NCBI GenBank assembly: GCA_947306305.1
Contig: CAMZGI010000001.1
Location: 1,973 to 65,972 of the forward strand
Direction: 5' to 3'
Length of the DNA stretch: 64,000 bases
DNA from: an uncultured Fibrobacter sp.
GTDB lineage: Bacteria > Fibrobacterota > Fibrobacteria > Fibrobacterales > Fibrobacteraceae
The position numbers were made by a program, and so were the translations under genes. Shown one piece after another: positions 29,056 to 37,252 of the stretch (within the stretch, counting starts at the first letter, position 1; each line of letters starts with the position of its first letter). The notes under the pieces were generated by a model that was not told the origin of the DNA, did no database searches, and saw only the letters and a list, made by a program, of their open reading frames with translations.

Positions 29056-30001
29056 CCTGCCCCCTCATAATTTTAACCGGGTCGAACCCGTCGTAGCCTT
29101 CCGGGAATGGGATAAGGCGGTCTGCTTTTTCCAAAAATTCGTCCCGCTCCCGGCAATTCTCCTGTTTCCATTCGTCCGGTATAAACTTGAACAACCGGCG
29201 CATAATCGTCTTGTGTGATGATAAGTCTTTGTCAGGGAGTTCCGTTTTCAGCACGGCATAAATGACATTCAGAAGCAAATACGATGCTGCCATCTGATCC
29301 CGCAAAGAAAACGTGATCGCCTCCTTCTGATATTCAACGAACGCCCGCCAGGTCAGCGGGAACAGGACTTTAATCATATCAAAGATAATATCGGCGTAGG
29401 CTCTGATCTCCTTTTGCGCGTGCTTGTCGCAACGGAGGCGGAGGAAGTTCAAAAGGTTTTTCAGATCGATCTTCCAGTATGCTTGTGTGAATGTCGAAAG
29501 AGGAAGGTCTTTCCGCGCCTGCTCCCGTGCGACTCCCATTTTAATCCGCTCGTCATACAGTTCCCGCGCCGCCTTGTGGAACGCCTCTTCCTTTTCGGAG
29601 AGCATTTCCGCGTCCTCTTCGCTTAACAGCCCATCGCTGCCTTGCTTGTTGTTCTGATCTTGCAGTCTCCATTCCGTCGCTTCATACATCTGGTCGATTG
29701 CAACCGAGTAGCGGGTCGAGTATTCGTTGATACTCGCCGTTCGATGCCGCACCCATTGTCTCCATACGTCCATCGGAACGTAAACCATAAACTTTAATTC
29801 CGCCATTTCAAACGGACTTGTGTGACCGTGGCGCATAAGATAGCGGATAAGGTGTTCGTCCTTGCTGGTGTCTTTCTCACTTTTGCCGTAGCTCGTGCGT
29901 GCGGCTTCGGCTATGTCGTGATCGCTCCCCATAACATCGCAGAGCATAATCCATCCCTGACTGTTGACGGGGATTTTTCTTCCAATATAATAGTTATTCA
30001 T
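29045..30001 (-). CDS. thyX: FAD-dependent thymidylate synthase
   Basis: HTSPFE, RQWVRHR.ASINEYSTRY, REQAR, LRCDKHAQ.EIR. Confidence 0.95.
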   Translation of the reverse strand: MNNYYIGRKIPVNSQGWIMLCDVMGSDHDIAEAARTSYGKSEKDTSKDEHLIRYLMRHGHTSPFEMAELKFMVYVPMDVWRQWVRHRTASINEYSTRYSVAIDQMYEATEWRLQDQNNKQGSDGLLSEEDAEMLSEKEEAFHKAARELYDERIKMGVAREQARKDLPLSTFTQAYWKIDLKNLLNFLRLRCDKHAQKEIRAYADIIFDMIKVLFPLTWRAFVEYQKEAITFSLRDQMAASYLLLNVIYAVLKTELPDKDLSSHKTIMRRLFKFIPDEWKQENCRERDEFLEKADRLIPFPEGYDGFDPVKIMRGQDED

Positions 30002-30017
30002 AGCGGCCCTCAACGCC

Positions 30018-30266
30018 TGTTGGGCGTTTTGTTGGGCGCAGGTGGTTTTGGATGCTTAAAATAAGGTGTTGCGTTACTCCGGTAGGGGGTATTTGAGCCT
30101 CTTGCGGTATTACCCGCGAGAGGTCTTTTTTTATGCGTTTTCCTTGTTTTTAAGCGTCAAAACGTCCTGCGCGGTGTTGGGTGATTTAACGTAAATTAAC
30201 GTGAATTAACGGTCTTTGTTGGGTGAAATGTTGGGTGATCGGCGCAAAGCCGAAAATCGCCCAACA
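30018..30266. other. attP: tRNA 3'-end core with arm-type and Xis-type repeats
   Basis: Core ACT-CCGGT-AGGGGGT-A (30076-30091); TGTTGGG(C/T)G at 30018, 30030, 30175, 30217, 30229, inverted at 30258; TTAACG x3 at 10-bp spacing (30186/96/206); adjacent to integrase. Confidence 0.8.
30095..30132 (+). terminator. Rho-independent terminator after att core
   Basis: CCTCTTGCGG/CCGCGAGAGG stem followed by T7. Confidence 0.75.
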
Positions 30267-30274
30267 CGAATACC

Positions 30275-31384
30275 CTACTTTGTGAAGTTTACGCCTTTTT
30301 GATAATCCTCCTCTCTTGCAAAGACGTAATGTTTCTGTTCCGTGCGGATGGAATGACCCATCCAGGCTGAAACGACGTGAGCGGGGAACGCTTCAAGCAA
30401 GTCCATTTCACGGCTCGCTCTCATATTCTGAAAGAGCTTGTCCCAGGGGCGCAGACCCGCACGGAAAATGATGCGGTACAACTGCTGGCGGCTGTTCTTG
30501 TTGCGGAAGTTCGGCAGAACATAATCGCTTTCGCCGCTTTCCGACCGCTGATAGCGGAGTTCCTTTCGGAGTTCAGGAAAGAGCGGAATGATCCGTTTGT
30601 CCTTGCCGGGGTATCGCTCCGTTTTAGGGGAGCGCACCGTCAGCAGCCTGTTCTCGAAGTCCACGTCGGCCCATTTCAGAGCCGAGGTTTCGGAGTCGAC
30701 GCGCAAACCGCCGATTCGGGCGAGGGTTATCAGCGTTCGCCAATCCTGGGACGGACACGCGCTTATCAGGCGCGGGTACCATTCCGGCTTAACGTAGAAG
30801 CGGCGGTCGTCGTTCGTCATCGGATCGCATTTCACCCCTTCAAATGGGCTGTTTTCAACCAGTCCGAGTTTCCGTCCGAGCGCGAACCATCCGCTTAACT
30901 TGCGGAAAATGCCCGTGATCGTCGCGGGCGCGTAGTTCCGCGCTTGAAGGAATTTTTTGAACCGGAGCGCGTCCTCTTCGGTGATGGAAGAGACCGGCAG
31001 GGCGGGCGGAAAGAAGTCCGTGACCCGCTTGAACGCCGTTCGGTGGTTCAGAAGGGTGTTCTCCTTCCGGTCAACCGGATAATCTACCCATTTTTCGTAG
31101 AGTTCCGCGATTGTGATTTGTCCCGGCTGCGCCGAAACGAGACCGAGGGCTTCGAGCCGTGAATAGAGCTTATTGTCAAGGTTCTCCAACCAGGCCGTGA
31201 GATAGGCGGGAGGCGGTGAAGAGTCCTTTTGCGACTGAAGGAGACGCGAAAACATCTCAAAGACGATTCCGGCGTCGTCCCGCTGTCCGAGAAAGAGCGT
31301 TTTTCGCTTCCGGTTCATTATGAACCGTATCTCGAAAGACTCTCCGCCCCCCCGCTTCTTTGTAACCAAGCTAGGCATAATCAA
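30275..31384 (-). CDS. int: Tyrosine integrase
   Basis: SAM-like N domain; GGLR, SPKT, FQNMRASRE, WMGHS, HY catalytic residues. Confidence 0.93.
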   Translation of the reverse strand: MIMPSLVTKKRGGGESFEIRFIMNRKRKTLFLGQRDDAGIVFEMFSRLLQSQKDSSPPPAYLTAWLENLDNKLYSRLEALGLVSAQPGQITIAELYEKWVDYPVDRKENTLLNHRTAFKRVTDFFPPALPVSSITEEDALRFKKFLQARNYAPATITGIFRKLSGWFALGRKLGLVENSPFEGVKCDPMTNDDRRFYVKPEWYPRLISACPSQDWRTLITLARIGGLRVDSETSALKWADVDFENRLLTVRSPKTERYPGKDKRIIPLFPELRKELRYQRSESGESDYVLPNFRNKNSRQQLYRIIFRAGLRPWDKLFQNMRASREMDLLEAFPAHVVSAWMGHSIRTEQKHYVFAREEDYQKGVNFTK

Positions 31385-31590
31385 TTCTCCTCGTGACTAC
31401 ACCCGGACTTGCGTTGAGGGCCGGTTTCAATTTTACTCAACCAGTCCAAAACCGCAAGCCGGGAAAAAAGATACCGCCTGCCGACCTTCCGGCACGGAAT
31501 CTTGCCCGAAACGGCATAGTTCCGCAGCGTCTGACGGCATACCCGCAGGAATTTGGCGGTCTCCTCAAGCGTCATTACGTCGTTCATCAC
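31381..31590 (-). CDS. xis: Excisionase (HTH_17)
   Basis: MTLEETAKFLRV...GKIPCRKVGRRYLF; coupled to int. Confidence 0.85.
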   Translation of the reverse strand: MMNDVMTLEETAKFLRVCRQTLRNYAVSGKIPCRKVGRRYLFSRLAVLDWLSKIETGPQRKSGCSHEEN

Positions 31591-32753
31591 GCCAGGGGCA
31601 TTAAAATGAAGTTTGAAACGGCCTTGTCAACGTCCAAAGACTCGAACAGGAGGGAGGAAGCGTCGTCTTCCAGGAAAACGGAGACTTCCGAATCTTCCGG
31701 CAGAGCCGAAAGGTACTGAATGGCGAGCGACGGGTCGATCTTTGACTTGATTTCGGCGTCGCCGAGGCTGTCCTGCACCGGCGCGATGGCGATTTCAACC
31801 GATCCGCTGTTGGCGTCAGGGACGGAAAGCGTGAGCCTCTTTCCGCCGGTGAACCAGAGCTTAACCCCTGGGCAGTTATCGGAGGTCAGGACTGACGCCT
31901 GTTTTAACGCCGTCAGGAGCGTGTCGGCTCTGAACGTCTGATAAACCCGTTCCGTCTTTTTCGGCATAATCTTCTCCCAGGCGGGGAACCGCCCATCGAG
32001 GAGGCGGGAATGGAGCCGGACGTCGCCGAAGTCGAAGTAGACAAGGTTGTTGTTGAGATAAACCTTCACGTCGACGGCTCCGCTCCGGGCGATCTGCTGC
32101 GCGAGAGCGAAAGTCTTTGTCGGAATGATGAACGGCTTTTTGTCGGGCGTTCCCAGGACGGCTGTATCGAGTTCAAGCTGAGAGAGCCTCCGCCCGTCGG
32201 TCGTGACGAGGTTCACGATATCCTTGCCGGTTTCGGCCGTTCCGCTCTGAAAGTGAATCCCGCCCAACGCATAGCGGAAGTTCTCCGTATCGACGGCGAA
32301 GCTGGTGCAGTTGTAGCCGTCCACAATCTCCGGCGCGGTAAAGACGAAACAGTTTTCAGGTTCGGCAGCCGGGAGACTCGGAAAGGAATTCGCGTCGTTG
32401 GTTGCGATCTTGTAGAAGGAGCCGTCGCAGCGGATTTCAACGCTGTTTTCATCGTCGCCGGTTTGAAGGTCAATGACGCCTGACCCCTTGTTCGCCGCGA
32501 GGATTTTTGAGAAGAGCTTAACCGGCAGTAAAACCTTGCCGGGGTTGACCACATCAGCATCATCAAGCTGAAGGCGGATGCCGCGTTCGGTGTCGGTCGC
32601 CTCCATAATGACGGTGTTACCCTTTTGGGCTGTTACCAGCACGCAGGTCAGCGCGGGCGAGAAGTCGGACGACGCCGCCCCCTTCGAGACAAGCGAAAAC
32701 CCTGCTGCAAACCGTTTCATATCAATGGTGAATCTCATTTTTAAACCTTTCAT
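31587..32753 (-). CDS. dnaN: DNA polymerase III beta sliding clamp
   Basis: EATDTE, RYALGG, TTDGRRLS, RLLDGRFP, C-terminal ILMPL. Confidence 0.9.
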   Translation of the reverse strand: MKGLKMRFTIDMKRFAAGFSLVSKGAASSDFSPALTCVLVTAQKGNTVIMEATDTERGIRLQLDDADVVNPGKVLLPVKLFSKILAANKGSGVIDLQTGDDENSVEIRCDGSFYKIATNDANSFPSLPAAEPENCFVFTAPEIVDGYNCTSFAVDTENFRYALGGIHFQSGTAETGKDIVNLVTTDGRRLSQLELDTAVLGTPDKKPFIIPTKTFALAQQIARSGAVDVKVYLNNNLVYFDFGDVRLHSRLLDGRFPAWEKIMPKKTERVYQTFRADTLLTALKQASVLTSDNCPGVKLWFTGGKRLTLSVPDANSGSVEIAIAPVQDSLGDAEIKSKIDPSLAIQYLSALPEDSEVSVFLEDDASSLLFESLDVDKAVSNFILMPLA

Positions 32754-33345
32754 TGTTAAGACGTTTCCAGTTTTTTATCTTTGCGGCCCGTATCTCTTCG
32801 AGCCGTTTTCTTTCCTCTTCTTCGAGTTCAAAGGAGTCGTTGACCGGGAACGCTTCGCGGGGTGCGAGGGCGTCCAGGTCAATGCCGGTGTCTGTGCGTT
32901 CGCGCTTGTCGCGCTGTATGCCGTGTTTTTGGACGATTTCTTCAATCGTTTTTCGCGCCACGCCAAGCTCTTTGATGATCGAGATGGTCTTGTCGCCTGC
33001 GATGTACCGTCTGCAAATTTCATCTTCGAGCGGCGTTCCCTGCACGCGCTTCCGGTGGCTTCGGATTGCGTTTCCGTTTCGCAGTATGCGTTTAACGGTT
33101 TCTTTGCTCCGTCTAAACATCTCTGCGATCCTGGCAATGCTCTCCCCCTGGTTTCTCGCTTCGAGAATGGCGTTCCGTTCGCCTTGCGTCGTATACTGAA
33201 CCCGGACTATTCCGTGGTTGGTGCATATCTTGCCGGCCGAATCACGGCTGATGCCGAATTTTTCAGCGATCTCGGCTATCCTTGCGCCGCTTTTTCGCAT
33301 TTCGACGATCTCTTCGATCACGCTCTCTGGCAGTTTTTTCTTCAT
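32722..33345 (-). CDS. Multi-HTH protein
   Basis: Three HTH-like repeats (IAEIAEKFGIS; IARIAEMFRRS; IIKELGVAR). Confidence 0.7.
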   Translation of the reverse strand: MKKKLPESVIEEIVEMRKSGARIAEIAEKFGISRDSAGKICTNHGIVRVQYTTQGERNAILEARNQGESIARIAEMFRRSKETVKRILRNGNAIRSHRKRVQGTPLEDEICRRYIAGDKTISIIKELGVARKTIEEIVQKHGIQRDKRERTDTGIDLDALAPREAFPVNDSFELEEEERKRLEEIRAAKIKNWKRLNNERFKNEIHH

Positions 33346-33760
33346 TCTGTTTGTTGTATTTTCTGACTTTCGCCTCCCGCAGTTTTTCGAGCCTCTTGCG
33401 GTGTTCGGGCCGAAGCTGAAAGCTGTCGGTCTGCGGAAACGGCGGGTGCGGTATGATTTCAATGTCGGAGAGCCGGTCGAGTCGGAGATGCCTCATAAGG
33501 ATGCGTTTCACCCAATCGACCGACACTCCCGTTTCCTGCGCGATAACCTGGGCGGTTTTCCCTTCCTGGTGCATCCGCAGGACTTTGAGCCTTGTTTCGC
33601 GTGCGGGAACGAACAGCCCAAGCCGGAGGAGAACATCCCGAACGTAACGGACGGGCATACCAAGCTCCTTTGCCGTGGCGTAAATGTCACGGATGGAGGT
33701 ATAGTACAATTTGATAAAGTCAGCGTCCTGCCTGTACTGTTCGTTCCTGCGGTGCATCAA
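33263..33760 (-). CDS. Multi-HTH protein, paralogue of previous gene
   Basis: TAKELGM, IAQETGVS; shared FP..DSF.L..E.RKRLE motif. Confidence 0.65.
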   Translation of the reverse strand: MMHRRNEQYRQDADFIKLYYTSIRDIYATAKELGMPVRYVRDVLLRLGLFVPARETRLKVLRMHQEGKTAQVIAQETGVSVDWVKRILMRHLRLDRLSDIEIIPHPPFPQTDSFQLRPEHRKRLEKLREAKVRKYNKQNEEKTARERDRRDRRNAKKRRKDSRDR

Positions 33761-33767
33761 TGCTCTC

Positions 33768-34073
33768 TTACTTGCCGATGTAGCCGAATTCCTTGACCTT
33801 TGCGAAAAATTCGGAGTCGATCTCGTCGGCCTTTGCCAGCTTCTTGCAAAGCGGGCAGTTCGGCTTGATGTCGCCCCGTGCGATCAGCGCGACCCGGAGC
33901 GCACCGATGGCTCCGTTCGCACTAACGACGGCCCGTGCCGCCGCGCTTGCAAGCATCCTCACCTCCTTCTTGTTCGGGACTTTCAGAGCCGATTTCATTT
34001 CCGGCTCACCCTTTTTTGCGGCGGCCTTCTTGACGGGCGCGGCCTTGCCCTTGCAGGTTTTTTTCTCTGCCAT
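33768..34073 (-). CDS. Basic protein with K/A-rich N-terminus and CPLC
   Basis: AAAGGA RBS; histone-like KKAAAKK. Confidence 0.55.
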   Translation of the reverse strand: MAEKKTCKGKAAPVKKAAAKKGEPEMKSALKVPNKKEVRMLASAAARAVVSANGAIGALRVALIARGDIKPNCPLCKKLAKADEIDSEFFAKVKEFGYIGK

Positions 34074-34103
34074 TGGTAAATCCTTTCGTTAAAGGGTTAG
34101 TAT

Positions 34104-36662
34104 TTATGCGACCGCTTCGGCCGCCTCAAACTCTTCGCTGAATTCTTCCAGTTCGTCGTATTCTTCCGGCAGTTCTTCCGGTTTCGGCTTCGGGACGAAA
34201 TAGTATCTGACCGTCGGCTTGCCGTGCTTGTTCTTTTCGATCTTCTTTTTAACCGTCTCCCGGCGTTCAAGAAGGTGCGTACGCATAAAGTCAATGATGT
34301 CCCGTTTCGTGTGATGGCGGAAAACCTTGCCCATCAGTTCGCGGATTGACATTCCCTTATCTCCCGCATTTTCGAGCAGACGGACGATCTTATCTTCCAT
34401 AATCCCCTCCGTTGTGCCGCCCGAATAACAGCAGTACCGAACCAGCTTCTGAAAGACGCGATTGCAATACCTCACAATCTTGATCGCGCCTTCCATCGAC
34501 CTGGCGGATATAACGTCCTCGACGATCCCTTTTCCCGCCTTATCCATCACTTCCAGAAGGAGAGCGACGTCAAGCACCCGTTTGGTACTCTTGCTGTCCG
34601 TCGACATCATCGCGGAGTCGGCGGCGGTTTTTCTTGCGCCTAGCTTTCCGCGCATATTTAAATCTTCATTCGCCTCCGACTCGTATTGGCTGTACAGCAT
34701 TTCAGCCTCGTCGGAGAGCCTGAAGTCACGGACTTCGCTCTGGTTGTAAATATCCTCGATCTTGTCCCTGTATGCCTGTTTCAATTCGTCATATTCCCTC
34801 ATCTTCTCCTCGCTGATATTGACCGTACTCCCCTTTCTTTCAATGAACGGCGGGAACGCAAAATTGATCCTCTCGAAAAATCCCGTATAGAAAAACGATT
34901 CCTCATTCTTTGCGATTCTCCGCAGCGTTTCCTCCTGAACGCCCGCGATAAGTATTGTGTGCGAGTCGCTGAAGTGGCGGTTGCTACTTTCGCTTGCCCT
35001 TACAGTTCCGCCCTCTCCCCCGTCGAGGATTTGGAGATAAACGGCCTGGTCTTTGCTCGCCTTTTTGTAGGCGTCCATCCCTTCCAGAAGGAGGGAGGCT
35101 TCGTCATAAAACCAAACCGCGCCTTTTTTGTTGAACGCTATCGTCTCGCGCATCTTCCGCTGGTTCTCTTCGTCCAGGCTTTTGATACTGAAAGAAAGGT
35201 TTTTGTCGATTATCAAGGCGCGCTCGTATTTAGACCAATACTCGATAAGCCCCTCGCTCGTCGCGTCCGGGATTTTGTAGCACGGGACGAATTTCACGGG
35301 TTCCGGGTCGGGTGCGCCTCTTTTTTTCGTCCGTTTCTCCTCGTTGTACCGGTGCTGATCGCGGAGGAATTCCTCGTTTGCCCGGTTCTGCCGTTCAAAA
35401 ACGGGAAAGAGCATCTCCTTCATCGTCGGAGACTTGCCGCCGCCGGAGTAGAGGACAATCAGCGTATGGAACAGGGCGCGTTGACACCGGATAACGCCGC
35501 GGGAATATGTGGAAACGTAGCCGTTCGCAGCCGACGCGACGGAGAGCGCAAGATAGCCGGGGAGAGACTCGTCAACGGAAAGCGATTCCGAGACTTTTTG
35601 GCAGTAGTCACGGATTTCGGGAGGGAAATATTCCAGGGGGAATTTCTCCTGAAAGTCGTCGTCGTCCTCAAAACTGTTTTCCGTTTCGGCCCCGTTGATT
35701 TCGTCAAAGAGTTCGTCGACGATACGTTTGGCAGCCTCATAATCAAAGCCGCCGTCTCCCCCGATCCGTTTGTAGAGCCGTTTGCAGAGAGACCCCCTTT
35801 CAATCTTTGCCGGGGGCTTGTTCATCGTCTCGCTGTATTTGTGTTCGAGTTCCTTCTCGCTCCACTTCTCTTCGAGCTTGGCGTTCCATTCCGTGAAGAT
35901 CGGCCAGCCGTATTCTTTCGGGATGTCGAACCCCCAAAATATCGCGTTGCTGACGCGCAAAGCCTGGTCGTGTCCCTTGCTGCCCGATATTGCCGGGTCA
36001 AACTTTTCGGCGTAAAGGCGGCATAGATAAATTTTCCGTTCCAGGTCGCCGGTTGCGGCCGTTCTTATTGCGGGCTTCGGGGCTTCGTCCGCCTGTTTCG
36101 GCAGGAGGTCTATAAACTCTTTGGGCAGTTCTTCCAGTTCATCGACAGCCCATAACCCCCCCTCGCAAACGTATTCCCCGCCTTGCCCGTTTACGCATCC
36201 CGGCGCGACGACGTAACCGTTGCCAACCCGGATGTCGATGTTGGTCGTTACCTTCCGCCCGTCTTTAACGTAGGCGAGCTTCGTCTGGAGCTTAACCTTC
36301 TCTTCCGGTCTCTTGAAATAGTAGTGTCGCCCTCCGTTGCCGGTGACGACGGACGGATATTGAAGATGCCCGAATTGGTCGATGATGTCGTTCCAGTAGG
36401 AGAAAAACTCTTCGTCGTCCAGGATTCTCTCGACGCCCCCGGTCTTGATCTTCCGGTCGAGGTCGAACACAATGCAGTTTTTACAGACTATCCCCCAATT
36501 ACAGCCTGGGAATTGCTGCGCCCAGGCGTCGATCTGCGCCGGATCGCGTGAAGCAAGTTCGGGCCACTTTGCGATTAAGGCGGTCTTGTCCTTCTTCGGG
36601 TCGCTGCTCCGGCGCACGGGGATTAGATAATACCCCTTCCCGATCAGTTCGTGAGGATCCAT
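34104..36662 (-). CDS. Bifunctional primase-polymerase with DUF3987-like ATPase
   Basis: NWGI, FDLD, TGNGGRHYYF, GYVVAP (Prim-Pol); SGGGKS, FYDEA, GFFER. Confidence 0.88.
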   Translation of the reverse strand: MDPHELIGKGYYLIPVRRSSDPKKDKTALIAKWPELASRDPAQIDAWAQQFPGCNWGIVCKNCIVFDLDRKIKTGGVERILDDEEFFSYWNDIIDQFGHLQYPSVVTGNGGRHYYFKRPEEKVKLQTKLAYVKDGRKVTTNIDIRVGNGYVVAPGCVNGQGGEYVCEGGLWAVDELEELPKEFIDLLPKQADEAPKPAIRTAATGDLERKIYLCRLYAEKFDPAISGSKGHDQALRVSNAIFWGFDIPKEYGWPIFTEWNAKLEEKWSEKELEHKYSETMNKPPAKIERGSLCKRLYKRIGGDGGFDYEAAKRIVDELFDEINGAETENSFEDDDDFQEKFPLEYFPPEIRDYCQKVSESLSVDESLPGYLALSVASAANGYVSTYSRGVIRCQRALFHTLIVLYSGGGKSPTMKEMLFPVFERQNRANEEFLRDQHRYNEEKRTKKRGAPDPEPVKFVPCYKIPDATSEGLIEYWSKYERALIIDKNLSFSIKSLDEENQRKMRETIAFNKKGAVWFYDEASLLLEGMDAYKKASKDQAVYLQILDGGEGGTVRASESSNRHFSDSHTILIAGVQEETLRRIAKNEESFFYTGFFERINFAFPPFIERKGSTVNISEEKMREYDELKQAYRDKIEDIYNQSEVRDFRLSDEAEMLYSQYESEANEDLNMRGKLGARKTAADSAMMSTDSKSTKRVLDVALLLEVMDKAGKGIVEDVISARSMEGAIKIVRYCNRVFQKLVRYCCYSGGTTEGIMEDKIVRLLENAGDKGMSIRELMGKVFRHHTKRDIIDFMRTHLLERRETVKKKIEKNKHGKPTVRYYFVPKPKPEELPEEYDELEEFSEEFEAAEAVA

Positions 36663-36665
36663 TTT

Positions 36666-37238
36666 TCAGTCGGCGGGGTAGAGGGAGATGTTTCCGTTTT
36701 GGAGTTGGGCTGTGATGTCGCCGAGAGTCATTCCGGGCGAGTAGAACAGAATGAGTTTGCCGGCCGGAGCGGGTTCCTCCTTGCGTTCTTCGTGGCCGTC
36801 CCCGTAGAGGGCGAGCGTGAGAAGTATGCCGTAGCCGATATAGTCTTTAAGCGTGTCGATTTTCGATTCCCAGGTTCCGGTGCGCCGCATAAGGCTCTTG
36901 TATCTTGCAACCTTGTCGCTCATACGGACAAGGATCGCCGTTTCGACGGGGAGATTCGGCGCGTAGACGGGACGCGCAAAGACGGCTCCGCCGTAGTCGG
37001 CGTTTTTCGTGATGAGCATATCCTTAATTTCATTCAGCGTGGTTGAGATGAATTCCCGGTTGAACGGTTTGGACTGTTCTTTCGCCAATGCGTCGAGACA
37101 GGAGCGCAGAGCGGCGAAAAGGTCGGTTTCGAGGTTGAATTCGGACAGCCCAAACTCGGCGGGATGATCGGTCTGGCACTCGATAAAATCGGCGAACGGT
37201 TCGTAAAACACAAGGTCGTAGTCGGCTTTAATATCCAT
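36666..37238 (-). CDS. DUF1599-like nucleotide-modification-associated protein
   Basis: KNADYG, VRMSDKVAR, DTLKDYIGY. Confidence 0.7.
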   Translation of the reverse strand: MDIKADYDLVFYEPFADFIECQTDHPAEFGLSEFNLETDLFAALRSCLDALAKEQSKPFNREFISTTLNEIKDMLITKNADYGGAVFARPVYAPNLPVETAILVRMSDKVARYKSLMRRTGTWESKIDTLKDYIGYGILLTLALYGDGHEERKEEPAPAGKLILFYSPGMTLGDITAQLQNGNISLYPAD

Positions 37239-37252
37239 AAATCAATCTCCTT

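Noticed and set aside
30076-30091. Functional tRNA gene or prophage boundary
   Set aside because: Only the 3' 16 nt are present and both flanks are phage genes, so it is treated as the attP core
31587-32753. Host chromosomal dnaA-dnaN locus
   Set aside because: No dnaA/recF/gyrB; the gene is translationally coupled to phage xis
34686-36026. 446-aa + strand ORF (likewise 54794-55843, 52615-53457)
   Set aside because: Antisense shadows of well-supported - strand genes
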